Shown here piece by piece: positions 45,501 to 60,500 of a stretch of DNA of 64,000 bases (position 1 is the stretch's first letter; each line of letters begins with the position of its first letter). Source of the stretch: Blastocladiella emersonii ATCC 22665. Lineage: Eukaryota; Fungi; Blastocladiomycota. The translations under genes and the position numbers were made by a program. Below the pieces are notes generated by a model. The model saw only the letters and a list, made by a program, of their open reading frames with translations. It had not been told where the DNA came from and searched no databases. Location of the stretch: the NCBI GenBank assembly GCA_025594325.1, contig JANHCV010000018.1, forward strand, positions 124,001-188,000. The letters run 5' to 3'.

Positions 45501-48500
45501 GAGGAACCAAAGCGCCAGATATTCAAATCTACCGCTTTGTGCACACTCCACTAGCCAACTCTTCGATCCCCTAATAATGGAGCCCGTCGTCAAAGTGCAC
45601 GGTCCAATCAACTAAGTAAACAGCCAACCTGCCAGCCTGCCAACCTGCCAGCCTGCCAGCCTGCCAGCCTGCCAACCTGCCAACCTGTCAACCTGCCACC
45701 TTGCCTACCTGCTATCCGAACACCCACACCGCCTCGCAAGTCATTGGGGGCCCGCGCTCTCTGGTTGCCGTCCCAGCCAACAAACGAATGAATGATGAGC
45801 CCTGGCAGCCTGGCAGCCTGCCACACTGACAGCCTGACTGACAGCGCCCACCCAGTAGATATTATCTATCTCGTAGGTAGTCTGGGACGACTTTGTTAGT
45901 CAATACACGACCAGTCTCCTCCTGGCTGCCGGCTCTGCTGTCCACTCCAAGTCCTGCATGATGATGGGCCAAGGAGGGTTCCGAGCAGCCGCGGCCCAAG
46001 CGGCTCTTGTTGCAGATCCCTCCGTCCGACTTTGGTTGCTCGGTTCCCCAAGGCACATTCGGTGATGTGACTAGACCAAGGATCGGCGCAGTCGACGCAA
46101 GTCCAGTGGCACCAGGTGTTTGCGCGCGGTACTGACCCATCCACTTTCTCTCGTTCTGACCACGATGAAACGCATGATCCGCCACTGAATGGCGCTGACG
46201 CACAAAAGAAAAAGAAAAAGAAGGAGAAAAACAAAATAAAGAGAAACGCAACAAGAAGAACGTCCGCACAAAAAGATGGAAAAACATCTGACGAACCTCA
46301 CAGGCCATGCCCAATACCACAGCACTGCCACTGGTCCATTGGCATGTCCTCGCGCTCTAGCTGGTCACGCCAGCGTGTCTCTCTGCTCGGTCTCTCTTTA
46401 CTGCTCTTCGTTCGCTCTCTTAGCTCGCTGCTCGAGCTCGCTCTCTCTTCGCCTCGTTCGCCCATCTCTCTCGTACTCCCCTCTCCTCCCACAATTCTTC
46501 CCCCTATGCTCCTCGACGTGCACGGTCCGGGCTTGTCGTACTGCGGCTTGCCCACAAAAAGGCTGCTGCCCGTTGCACAGTGGATATTCTGGTTGCAGTC
46601 CACAACCGCAGTTAAGGAATAAATGCATTGGTTCCAAAAAAAAGAGGGTTCCGAGCAGCTCCTCTGTCTATCCGCGTGAAACCACTCACCCGCTGACGGA
46701 CGTACACCGCGCACCGTGCAGCGCGCACAGCACACAGCGCCCGACGCACCCCGCGGTGCGCACACGGCGCAAACGGCCACCCTGGTGTCACACACACTCG
46801 CATGAACGGCAGGCATGCAAGGCGTCCTCAACTCAACAATGATTTATCATCCAGGCTTGCTACTCGCTCCAACGGGTGCGCCTGCCTGCCCTCCCGGTGC
46901 CGTTGATTGATTGATGGGTGCGCCAGCCCCTGTTGCCAGCCAAGTGGCAAGCAACACCACAGCACCTGCGTCGCCCTGGCCACCGTACCTTGGAAACAGC
47001 GTAGCAGCCGTACTGCTTCACAGGGCTGCAGAGGGCTGGCTGCGGAGGGCTGAGGCGGCAGGGCTCCTGCTGCAGGAAGGAGACAGTGCTGGGGCCAAGG
47101 AGTGCTAGGGACGACAAACTGAATGGTGAATGACCCACACACCACATGCTCCTGGCAGGAGAGCGTGTGGGCGTGCGGGCCTGTGTCCGTGCGTGCCTGT
47201 GTCCGTGCGTGCCTGGATTAGACCTCCATCACAAGCGCCAAGTGACCAAGTGACCAAGGTGACCAAGTGACCAAGGTGACCAAGGTGACCACGGTGACCA
47301 AGGTGACCAAGTGACACACAAGCACCAAGCTAGGGTGGCCGGGCGGCCATGGAACGTACTGCATGGGTACCAATACCGTGGACTGGCCGCGGCCATTAAT
47401 CGCAGCACAGCCCTGCCTGGCTCAGGACGCGGCGGGCGTGGGAGGCGGGCAGGGTAGATAGGTAGCAGCAGCAGGACCTGGCTAGCTGGCTGTCAAACAG
47501 CACGAGTGAAGGGGTGCGTGAGGGAGGGTGTGTTGAATGAATGGATGGGTGGATGCAGGCAGACCTTCATACGTGTCGTGCGTGATGAGGATTGGCTGGC
47601 CACCATCCACCCACCAACGCCATGGCATGGCTGCGGGTGTCGCTGCGTGCGCCTTGGCGGGTGGTGTTGGTGGGTGGTGTTGGTGGGTGCTGTGGTGGTA
47701 GTGGAGCTAAAGTGGTGTCGTGGGGCTCTTGGGGTCCCCTTTCCTTCCTGTCTGGCCTAGGTGGGTGGGTGGGTGGGCGGACGTAGCGCGCATGCGGGCG
47801 GGCAAGCTAGGAACGTTGCTCACGCAATGGATCATGTATTTCATGGAACGTAGTCTGGACAGCAGAGAGGGGGATGTCCGGCCCAATCGGACCCTCCACG
47901 AATCACAATATGCACGCAATGAATTGACCGATGATAGGGCCGTACCAAACCAGCCACGTAGACAATTGTCATGGTAGTCGAACAAAACCATATTCAAATC
48001 TTTGACTACACGCTTGTCCAGCTAGCCAGGGACCCATAAATCACAGTATCGACCCAACTAAATATTTGACAACGGAAAGATAATAAACCAGCCTCGTACA
48101 TAATTGTCATGGTACTCAAACAAAACCATAGTCAAATCTTTGACCTCCCGCATGCCCATGTGGGCAAGGACCTATAGATCAGAGTATCGTACCAAGAAAA
48201 TATCTGACCATGGAAATATAGTATACCAGCCACGTAGGTAATTGTCATGGCACTCAAACAAAACCATAGTCAAGTCTTTGACTATTCACAGGTCCAGCTG
48301 GTTAAGGACCCATAAATCGTAACGTCAAAGCAACAGTATATCTGACCATAGAAGTATAGTAAACCAGCCACTCTGGCAACTGTCATGGTACTCAAACAAA
48401 ACCATACTCAAATCTTCGACTTCCCACATGTCCAGCAGGTTGGACACCCATAAATCACAGTATCAAACCAACGAAATATCTGACCACATGAGTATATATA

Positions 48501-51500
48501 ACCGACCGCGTAGGTAATTGTCTTGATACTCAAACAAAACCATATTCAAATCTTTCACTTCCCGCTTGTCCAGCTAGCCAGGGACCCATAAATCACAGTA
48601 TCACAGCAACGCAATATCTGACCAAAGAAATATCGTAAACCAGGCACGTAGATAATTGTCATGGTACTCAAACAAAACCATAGTCAAATCTTCGAGTGCC
48701 CCATGTCCAGGTGGGCAAGGGCCTATAAATCACAGTATTGAACCAAGAAAACACCTGACTGACGATCGGGATGTATCAAACCCGCCACGCTGATAATTGT
48801 CATGGTACTCAAACATAACCATACTCAGCCAAATCTTCGCATACCCTCACGTCCAGGTGGGCGAGGAACCAAAGCGCCAGATATTCAAATCTACCGCTTT
48901 GTGCACACTCCACTAGCCAACTCTTCGATCCCCTAATAATGGAGCCCGTCGTCAAAGTGCACGGTCCAATCAACTAAGTAAACAGCCAACCTGCCAGCCT
49001 GCCAACCTGCCAGCCTGCCAGCCTGCCAGCCTGCCAACCTGCCAACCTGTCAACCTGCCACCTTGCCTACCTGCTATCCGAACACCCACACCGCCTCGCA
49101 AGTCATTGGGGGCCCGCGCTCTCTGGTTGCCGTCCCAGCCAACAAACGAATGAATGATGAGCCCTGGCAGCCTGGCAGCCTGCCACACTGACAGCCTGAC
49201 TGACAGCGCCCACCCAGTAGATATTATCTATCTCGTAGGTAGTCTGGGACGACTTTGTTAGTCAATACACGACCAGTCTCCTCCTGGCTGCCGGCTCTGC
49301 TGTCCACTCCAAGTCCTGCATGATGATGGGCCAAGGAGGGTTCCGAGCAGCCGCGGCCCAAGCGGCTCTTGTTGCAGATCCCTCCGTCCGACTTTGGTTG
49401 CTCGGTTCCCCAAGGCACATTCGGTGATGTGACTAGACCAAGGATCGGCGCAGTCGACGCAAGTCCAGTGGCACCAGGTGTTTGCGCGCGGTACTGACCC
49501 ATCCACTTTCTCTCGTTCTGACCACGATGAAACGCATGATCCGCCACTGAATGGCGCTGACGCACAAAAGAAAAAGAAAAAGAAGGAGAAAAACAAAATA
49601 AAGAGAAACGCAACAAGAAGAACGTCCGCACAAAAAGATGGAAAAACATCTGACGAACCTCACAGGCCATGCCCAATACCACAGCACTGCCACTGGTCCA
49701 TTGGCATGTCCTCGCGCTCTAGCTGGTCACGCCAGCGTGTCTCTCTGCTCGGTCTCTCTTTACTGCTCTTCGTTCGCTCTCTTAGCTCGCTGCTCGAGCT
49801 CGCTCTCTCTTCGCCTCGTTCGCCCATCTCTCTCGTACTCCCCTCTCCTCCCACAATTCTTCCCCCTATGCTCCTCGACGTGCACGGTCCGGGCTTGTCG
49901 TACTGCGGCTTGCCCACAAAAAGGCTGCTGCCCGTTGCACAGTGGATATTCTGGTTGCAGTCCACAACCGCAGTTAAGGAATAAATGCATTGGTTCCAAA
50001 AAAAAGAGGGTTCCGAGCAGCTCCTCTGTCTATCCGCGTGAAACCACTCACCCGCTGACGGACGTACACCGCGCACCGTGCAGCGCGCACAGCACACAGC
50101 GCCCGACGCACCCCGCGGTGCGCACACGGCGCAAACGGCCACCCTGGTGTCACACACACTCGCATGAACGGCAGGCATGCAAGGCGTCCTCAACTCAACA
50201 ATGATTTATCATCCAGGCTTGCTACTCGCTCCAACGGGTGCGCCTGCCTGCCCTCCCGGTGCCGTTGATTGATTGATGGGTGCGCCAGCCCCTGTTGCCA
50301 GCCAAGTGGCAAGCAACACCACAGCACCTGCGTCGCCCTGGCCACCGTACCTTGGAAACAGCGTAGCAGCCGTACTGCTTCACAGGGCTGCAGAGGGCTG
50401 GCTGCGGAGGGCTGAGGCGGCAGGGCTCCTGCTGCAGGAAGGAGACAGTGCTGGGGCCAAGGAGTGCTAGGGACGACAAACTGAATGGTGAATGACCCAC
50501 ACACCACATGCTCCTGGCAGGAGAGCGTGTGGGCGTGCGGGCCTGTGTCCGTGCGTGCCTGTGTCCGTGCGTGCCTGGATTAGACCTCCATCACAAGCGC
50601 CAAGTGACCAAGTGACCAAGGTGACCAAGTGACCAAGGTGACCAAGGTGACCACGGTGACCAAGGTGACCAAGTGACACACAAGCACCAAGCTAGGGTGG
50701 CCGGGCGGCCATGGAACGTACTGCATGGGTACCAATACCGTGGACTGGCCGCGGCCATTAATCGCAGCACAGCCCTGCCTGGCTCAGGACGCGGCGGGCG
50801 TGGGAGGCGGGCAGGGTAGATAGGTAGCAGCAGCAGGACCTGGCTAGCTGGCTGTCAAACAGCACGAGTGAAGGGGTGCGTGAGGGAGGGTGTGTTGAAT
50901 GAATGGATGGGTGGATGCAGGCAGACCTTCATACGTGTCGTGCGTGATGAGGATTGGCTGGCCACCATCCACCCACCAACGCCATGGCATGGCTGCGGGT
51001 GTCGCTGCGTGCGCCTTGGCGGGTGGTGTTGGTGGGTGGTGTTGGTGGGTGCTGTGGTGGTAGTGGAGCTAAAGTGGTGTCGTGGGGCTCTTGGGGTCCC
51101 CTTTCCTTCCTGTCTGGCCTAGGTGGGTGGGTGGGTGGGCGGACGTAGCGCGCATGCGGGCGGGCAAGCTAGGAACGTTGCTCACGCAATGGATCATGTA
51201 TTTCATGGAACGTAGTCTGGACAGCAGAGAGGGGGATGTCCGGCCCAATCGGACCCTCCACGAATCACAATATGCACGCAATGAATTGACCGATGATAGG
51301 GCCGTACCAAACCAGCCACGTAGACAATTGTCATGGTAGTCGAACAAAACCATATTCAAATCTTTGACTACACGCTTGTCCAGCTAGCCAGGGACCCATA
51401 AATCACAGTATCGACCCAACTAAATATTTGACAACGGAAAGATAATAAACCAGCCTCGTACATAATTGTCATGGTACTCAAACAAAACCATAGTCAAATC

Positions 51501-54500
51501 TTTGACCTCCCGCATGCCCATGTGGGCAAGGACCTATAGATCAGAGTATCGTACCAAGAAAATATCTGACCATGGAAATATAGTATACCAGCCACGTAGG
51601 TAATTGTCATGGCACTCAAACAAAACCATAGTCAAGTCTTTGACTATTCACAGGTCCAGCTGGTTAAGGACCCATAAATCGTAACGTCAAAGCAACAGTA
51701 TATCTGACCATAGAAGTATAGTAAACCAGCCACTCTGGCAACTGTCATGGTACTCAAACAAAACCATACTCAAATCTTCGACTTCCCACATGTCCAGCAG
51801 GTTGGACACCCATAAATCACAGTATCAAACCAACGAAATATCTGACCACATGAGTATATATAACCGACCGCGTAGGTAATTGTCTTGATACTCAAACAAA
51901 ACCATATTCAAATCTTTCACTTCCCGCTTGTCCAGCTAGCCAGGGACCCATAAATCACAGTATCACAGCAACGCAATATCTGACCAAAGAAATATCGTAA
52001 ACCAGGCACGTAGATAATTGTCATGGTACTCAAACAAAACCATAGTCAAATCTTCGAGTGCCCCATGTCCAGGTGGGCAAGGGCCTATAAATCACAGTAT
52101 TGAACCAAGAAAACACCTGACTGACGATCGGGATGTATCAAACCCGCCACGCTGATAATTGTCATGGTACTCAAACATAACCATACTCAGCCAAATCTTC
52201 GCATACCCTCACGTCCAGGTGGGCGAGGAACCAAAGCGCCAGATATTCAAATCTACCGCTTTGTGCACACTCCACTAGCCAACTCTTCGATCCCCTAATA
52301 ATGGAGCCCGTCGTCAAAGTGCACGGTCCAATCAACTAAGTAAACAGCCAACCTGCCAGCCTGCCAACCTGCCAGCCTGCCAGCCTGCCAGCCTGCCAAC
52401 CTGCCAACCTGTCAACCTGCCACCTTGCCTACCTGCTATCCGAACACCCACACCGCCTCGCAAGTCATTGGGGGCCCGCGCTCTCTGGTTGCCGTCCCAG
52501 CCAACAAACGAATGAATGATGAGCCCTGGCAGCCTGGCAGCCTGCCACACTGACAGCCTGACTGACAGCGCCCACCCAGTAGATATTATCTATCTCGTAG
52601 GTAGTCTGGGACGACTTTGTTAGTCAATACACGACCAGTCTCCTCCTGGCTGCCGGCTCTGCTGTCCACTCCAAGTCCTGCATGATGATGGGCCAAGGAG
52701 GGTTCCGAGCAGCCGCGGCCCAAGCGGCTCTTGTTGCAGATCCCTCCGTCCGACTTTGGTTGCTCGGTTCCCCAAGGCACATTCGGTGATGTGACTAGAC
52801 CAAGGATCGGCGCAGTCGACGCAAGTCCAGTGGCACCAGGTGTTTGCGCGCGGTACTGACCCATCCACTTTCTCTCGTTCTGACCACGATGAAACGCATG
52901 ATCCGCCACTGAATGGCGCTGACGCACAAAAGAAAAAGAAAAAGAAGGAGAAAAACAAAATAAAGAGAAACGCAACAAGAAGAACGTCCGCACAAAAAGA
53001 TGGAAAAACATCTGACGAACCTCACAGGCCATGCCCAATACCACAGCACTGCCACTGGTCCATTGGCATGTCCTCGCGCTCTAGCTGGTCACGCCAGCGT
53101 GTCTCTCTGCTCGGTCTCTCTTTACTGCTCTTCGTTCGCTCTCTTAGCTCGCTGCTCGAGCTCGCTCTCTCTTCGCCTCGTTCGCCCATCTCTCTCGTAC
53201 TCCCCTCTCCTCCCACAATTCTTCCCCCTATGCTCCTCGACGTGCACGGTCCGGGCTTGTCGTACTGCGGCTTGCCCACAAAAAGGCTGCTGCCCGTTGC
53301 ACAGTGGATATTCTGGTTGCAGTCCACAACCGCAGTTAAGGAATAAATGCATTGGTTCCAAAATAAAGAGGGTTCCGAGCAGCTCCTCTGTCTATCCGCG
53401 TGAAACCACTCACCCGCTGACGGACGTACACCGCGCACCGTGCAGCGCGCACAGCACACAGCGCCCGACGCACCCCGCGGTGCGCACACGGCGCAAACGG
53501 CCACCCTGGTGTCACACACACTCGCATGAACGGCAGGCATGCAAGGCGTCCTCAACTCAACAATGATTTATCATCCAGGCTTGCTACTCGCTCCAACGGG
53601 TGCGCCTGCCTGCCCTCCCGGTGCCGTTGATTGATTGATGGGTGCGCCAGCCCCTGTTGCCAGCCAAGTGGCAAGCAACACCACAGCACCTGCGTCGCCC
53701 TGGCCACCGTACCTTGGAAACAGCGTAGCAGCCGTACTGCTTCACAGGGCTGCAGAGGGCTGGCTGCGGAGGGCTGAGGCGGCAGGGCTCCTGCTGCAGG
53801 AAGGAGACAGTGCTGGGGCCAAGGAGTGCTAGGGACGACAAACTGAATGGTGAATGACCCACACACCACATGCTCCTGGCAGGAGAGCGTGTGGGCGTGC
53901 GGGCCTGTGTCCGTGCGTGCCTGTGTCCGTGCGTGCCTGGATTAGACCTCCATCACAAGCGCCAAGTGACCAAGTGACCAAGGTGACCAAGTGACCAAGG
54001 TGACCAAGGTGACCACGGTGACCAAGGTGACCAAGTGACACACAAGCACCAAGCTAGGGTGGCCGGGCGGCCATGGAACGTACTGCATGGGTACCAATAC
54101 CGTGGACTGGCCGCGGCCATTAATCGCAGCACAGCCCTGCCTGGCTCAGGACGCGGCGGGCGTGGGAGGCGGGCAGGGTAGATAGGTAGCAGCAGCAGGA
54201 CCTGGCTAGCTGGCTGTCAAACAGCACGAGTGAAGGGGTGCGTGAGGGAGGGTGTGTTGAATGAATGGATGGGTGGATGCAGGCAGACCTTCATACGTGT
54301 CGTGCGTGATGAGGATTGGCTGGCCACCATCCACCCACCAACGCCATGGCATGGCTGCGGGTGTCGCTGCGTGCGCCTTGGCGGGTGGTGTTGGTGGGTG
54401 GTGTTGGTGGGTGCTGTGGTGGTAGTGGAGCTAAAGTGGTGTCGTGGGGCTCTTGGGGTCCCCTTTCCTTCCTGTCTGGCCTAGGTGGGTGGGTGGGTGG

Positions 54501-57500
54501 GCGGACGTAGCGCGCATGCGGGCGGGCAAGCTAGGAACGTTGCTCACGCAATGGATCATGTATTTCATGGAACGTAGTCTGGACAGCAGAGAGGGGGATG
54601 TCCGGCCCAATCGGACCCTCCACGAATCACAATATGCACGCAATGAATTGACCGATGATAGGGCCGTACCAAACCAGCCACGTAGACAATTGTCATGGTA
54701 GTCGAACAAAACCATATTCAAATCTTTGACTACACGCTTGTCCAGCTAGCCAGGGACCCATAAATCACAGTATCGACCCAACTAAATATTTGACAACGGA
54801 AAGATAATAAACCAGCCTCGTACATAATTGTCATGGTACTCAAACAAAACCATAGTCAAATCTTTGACCTCCCGCATGCCCATGTGGGCAAGGACCTATA
54901 GATCAGAGTATCGTACCAAGAAAATATCTGACCATGGAAATATAGTATACCAGCCACGTAGGTAATTGTCATGGCACTCAAACAAAACCATAGTCAAGTC
55001 TTTGACTATTCACAGGTCCAGCTGGTTAAGGACCCATAAATCGTAACGTCAAAGCAACAGTATATCTGACCATAGAAGTATAGTAAACCAGCCACTCTGG
55101 CAACTGTCATGGTACTCAAACAAAACCATACTCAAATCTTCGACTTCCCACATGTCCAGCAGGTTGGACACCCATAAATCACAGTATCAAACCAACGAAA
55201 TATCTGACCACATGAGTATATATAACCGACCGCGTAGGTAATTGTCTTGATACTCAAACAAAACCATATTCAAATCTTTCACTTCCCGCTTGTCCAGCTA
55301 GCCAGGGACCCATAAATCACAGTATCACAGCAACGCAATATCTGACCAAAGAAATATCGTAAACCAGGCACGTAGATAATTGTCATGGTACTCAAACAAA
55401 ACCATAGTCAAATCTTCGAGTGCCCCATGTCCAGGTGGGCAAGGGCCTATAAATCACAGTATTGAACCAAGAAAACACCTGACTGACGATCGGGATGTAT
55501 CAAACCCGCCACGCTGATAATTGTCATGGTACTCAAACATAACCATACTCAGCCAAATCTTCGCATACCCTCACGTCCAGGTGGGCGAGGAACCAAAGCG
55601 CCAGATATTCAAATCTACCGCTTTGTGCACACTCCACTAGCCAACTCTTCGATCCCCTAATAATGGAGCCCGTCGTCAAAGTGCACGGTCCAATCAACTA
55701 AGTAAACAGCCAACCTGCCAGCCTGCCAACCTGCCAGCCTGCCAGCCTGCCAGCCTGCCAACCTGCCAACCTGTCAACCTGCCACCTTGCCTACCTGCTA
55801 TCCGAACACCCACACCGCCTCGCAAGTCATTGGGGGCCCGCGCTCTCTGGTTGCCGTCCCAGCCAACAAACGAATGAATGATGAGCCCTGGCAGCCTGGC
55901 AGCCTGCCACACTGACAGCCTGACTGACAGCGCCCACCCAGTAGATATTATCTATCTCGTAGGTAGTCTGGGACGACTTTGTTAGTCAATACACGACCAG
56001 TCTCCTCCTGGCTGCCGGCTCTGCTGTCCACTCCAAGTCCTGCATGATGATGGGCCAAGGAGGGTTCCGAGCAGCCGCGGCCCAAGCGGCTCTTGTTGCA
56101 GATCCCTCCGTCCGACTTTGGTTGCTCGGTTCCCCAAGGCACATTCGGTGATGTGACTAGACCAAGGATCGGCGCAGTCGACGCAAGTCCAGTGGCACCA
56201 GGTGTTTGCGCGCGGTACTGACCCATCCACTTTCTCTCGTTCTGACCACGATGAAACGCATGATCCGCCACTGAATGGCGCTGACGCACAAAAGAAAAAG
56301 AAAAAGAAGGAGAAAAACAAAATAAAGAGAAACGCAACAAGAAGAACGTCCGCACAAAAAGATGGAAAAACATCTGACGAACCTCACAGGCCATGCCCAA
56401 TACCACAGCACTGCCACTGGTCCATTGGCATGTCCTCGCGCTCTAGCTGGTCACGCCAGCGTGTCTCTCTGCTCGGTCTCTCTTTACTGCTCTTCGTTCG
56501 CTCTCTTAGCTCGCTGCTCGAGCTCGCTCTCTCTTCGCCTCGTTCGCCCATCTCTCTCGTACTCCCCTCTCCTCCCACAATTCTTCCCCCTATGCTCCTC
56601 GACGTGCACGGTCCGGGCTTGTCGTACTGCGGCTTGCCCACAAAAAGGCTGCTGCCCGTTGCACAGTGGATATTCTGGTTGCAGTCCACAACCGCAGTTA
56701 AGGAATAAATGCATTGGTTCCAAAAAAAAGAGGGTTCCGAGCAGCTCCTCTGTCTATCCGCGTGAAACCACTCACCCGCTGACGGACGTACACCGCGCAC
56801 CGTGCAGCGCGCACAGCACACAGCGCCCGACGCACCCCGCGGTGCGCACACGGCGCAAACGGCCACCCTGGTGTCACACACACTCGCATGAACGGCAGGC
56901 ATGCAAGGCGTCCTCAACTCAACAATGATTTATCATCCAGGCTTGCTACTCGCTCCAACGGGTGCGCCTGCCTGCCCTCCCGGTGCCGTTGATTGATTGA
57001 TGGGTGCGCCAGCCCCTGTTGCCAGCCAAGTGGCAAGCAACACCACAGCACCTGCGTCGCCCTGGCCACCGTACCTTGGAAACAGCGTAGCAGCCGTACT
57101 GCTTCACAGGGCTGCAGAGGGCTGGCTGCGGAGGGCTGAGGCGGCAGGGCTCCTGCTGCAGGAAGGAGACAGTGCTGGGGCCAAGGAGTGCTAGGGACGA
57201 CAAACTGAATGGTGAATGACCCACACACCACATGCTCCTGGCAGGAGAGCGTGTGGGCGTGCGGGCCTGTGTCCGTGCGTGCCTGTGTCCGTGCGTGCCT
57301 GGATTAGACCTCCATCACAAGCGCCAAGTGACCAAGTGACCAAGGTGACCAAGTGACCAAGGTGACCAAGGTGACCACGGTGACCAAGGTGACCAAGTGA
57401 CACACAAGCACCAAGCTAGGGTGGCCGGGCGGCCATGGAACGTACTGCATGGGTACCAATACCGTGGACTGGCCGCGGCCATTAATCGCAGCACAGCCCT

Positions 57501-60500
57501 GCCTGGCTCAGGACGCGGCGGGCGTGGGAGGCGGGCAGGGTAGATAGGTAGCAGCAGCAGGACCTGGCTAGCTGGCTGTCAAACAGCACGAGTGAAGGGG
57601 TGCGTGAGGGAGGGTGTGTTGAATGAATGGATGGGTGGATGCAGGCAGACCTTCATACGTGTCGTGCGTGATGAGGATTGGCTGGCCACCATCCACCCAC
57701 CAACGCCATGGCATGGCTGCGGGTGTCGCTGCGTGCGCCTTGGCGGGTGGTGTTGGTGGGTGGTGTTGGTGGGTGCTGTGGTGGTAGTGGAGCTAAAGTG
57801 GTGTCGTGGGGCTCTTGGGGTCCCCTTTCCTTCCTGTCTGGCCTAGGTGGGTGGGTGGGTGGGCGGACGTAGCGCGCATGCGGGCGGGCAAGCTAGGAAC
57901 GTTGCTCACGCAATGGATCATGTATTTCATGGAACGTAGTCTGGACAGCAGAGAGGGGGATGTCCGGCCCAATCGGACCCTCCACGAATCACAATATGCA
58001 CGCAATGAATTGACCGATGATAGGGCCGTACCAAACCAGCCACGTAGACAATTGTCATGGTAGTCGAACAAAACCATATTCAAATCTTTGACTACACGCT
58101 TGTCCAGCTAGCCAGGGACCCATAAATCACAGTATCGACCCAACTAAATATTTGACAACGGAAAGATAATAAACCAGCCTCGTACATAATTGTCATGGTA
58201 CTCAAACAAAACCATAGTCAAATCTTTGACCTCCCGCATGCCCATGTGGGCAAGGACCTATAGATCAGAGTATCGTACCAAGAAAATATCTGACCATGGA
58301 AATATAGTATACCAGCCACGTAGGTAATTGTCATGGCACTCAAACAAAACCATAGTCAAGTCTTTGACTATTCACAGGTCCAGCTGGTTAAGGACCCATA
58401 AATCGTAACGTCAAAGCAACAGTATATCTGACCATAGAAGTATAGTAAACCAGCCACTCTGGCAACTGTCATGGTACTCAAACAAAACCATACTCAAATC
58501 TTCGACTTCCCACATGTCCAGCAGGTTGGACACCCATAAATCACAGTATCAAACCAACGAAATATCTGACCACATGAGTATATATAACCGACCGCGTAGG
58601 TAATTGTCTTGATACTCAAACAAAACCATATTCAAATCTTTCACTTCCCGCTTGTCCAGCTAGCCAGGGACCCATAAATCACAGTATCACAGCAACGCAA
58701 TATCTGACCAAAGAAATATCGTAAACCAGGCACGTAGATAATTGTCATGGTACTCAAACAAAACCATAGTCAAATCTTCGAGTGCCCCATGTCCAGGTGG
58801 GCAAGGGCCTATAAATCACAGTATTGAACCAAGAAAACACCTGACTGACGATCGGGATGTATCAAACCCGCCACGCTGATAATTGTCATGGTACTCAAAC
58901 ATAACCATACTCAGCCAAATCTTCGCATACCCTCACGTCCAGGTGGGCGAGGAACCAAAGCGCCAGATATTCAAATCTACCGCTTTGTGCACACTCCACT
59001 AGCCAACTCTTCGATCCCCTAATAATGGAGCCCGTCGTCAAAGTGCACGGTCCAATCAACTAAGTAAACAGCCAACCTGCCAGCCTGCCAACCTGCCAGC
59101 CTGCCAGCCTGCCAGCCTGCCAACCTGCCAACCTGTCAACCTGCCACCTTGCCTACCTGCTATCCGAACACCCACACCGCCTCGCAAGTCATTGGGGGCC
59201 CGCGCTCTCTGGTTGCCGTCCCAGCCAACAAACGAATGAATGATGAGCCCTGGCAGCCTGGCAGCCTGCCACACTGACAGCCTGACTGACAGCGCCCACC
59301 CAGTAGATATTATCTATCTCGTAGGTAGTCTGGGACGACTTTGTTAGTCAATACACGACCAGTCTCCTCCTGGCTGCCGGCTCTGCTGTCCACTCCAAGT
59401 CCTGCATGATGATGGGCCAAGGAGGGTTCCGAGCAGCCGCGGCCCAAGCGGCTCTTGTTGCAGATCCCTCCGTCCGACTTTGGTTGCTCGGTTCCCCAAG
59501 GCACATTCGGTGATGTGACTAGACCAAGGATCGGCGCAGTCGACGCAAGTCCAGTGGCACCAGGTGTTTGCGCGCGGTACTGACCCATCCACTTTCTCTC
59601 GTTCTGACCACGATGAAACGCATGATCCGCCACTGAATGGCGCTGACGCACAAAAGAAAAAGAAAAAGAAGGAGAAAAACAAAATATAGGGAAACGCAAA
59701 AAGAAGAACGTCCGCACAAAAAGATGGAAAAACATCTGACGAACCTCACAGGCCATGCCCAATACCACAGCACTGCCACTGGTCCATTGGCATGTCCTCG
59801 CGCTCTAGCTGGTCACGCCAGCGTGTCTCTCTGCTCGGTCTCTCTTTACTGCTCTTCGTTCGCTCTCTTAGCTCGCTGCTCGAGCTCGCTCTCTCTTCGC
59901 CTCGTTCGCCCATCTCTCTCGTACTCCCCTCTCCTCCCACAATTCTTCCCCCTATGCTCCTCGACGTGCACGGTCCGGGCTTGTCGTACTGCGGCTTGCC
60001 CACAAAAAGGCTGCTGCCCGTTGCACAGTGGATATTCTGGTTGCAGTCCACAACCGCAGTTAAGGAATAAATGCATTGGTTCCAAAAAAAAGAGGGTTCC
60101 GAGCAGCTCCTCTGTCTATCCGCGTGAAACCACTCACCCGCTGACGGACGTACACCGCGCACCGTGCAGCGCGCACAGCACACAGCGCCCGACGCACCCC
60201 GCGGTGCGCACACGGCGCAAACGGCCACCCTGGTGTCACACACACTCGCATGAACGGCAGGCATGCAAGGCGTCCTCAACTCAACAATGATTTATCATCC
60301 AGGCTTGCTACTCGCTCCAACGGGTGCGCCTGCCTGCCCTCCCGGTGCCGTTGATTGATTGATGGGTGCGCCAGCCCCTGTTGCCAGCCAAGTGGCAAGC
60401 AACACCACAGCACCTGCGTCGCCCTGGCCACCGTACCTTGGAAACAGCGTAGCAGCCGTACTGCTTCACAGGGCTGCAGAGGGCTGGCTGCGGAGGGCTG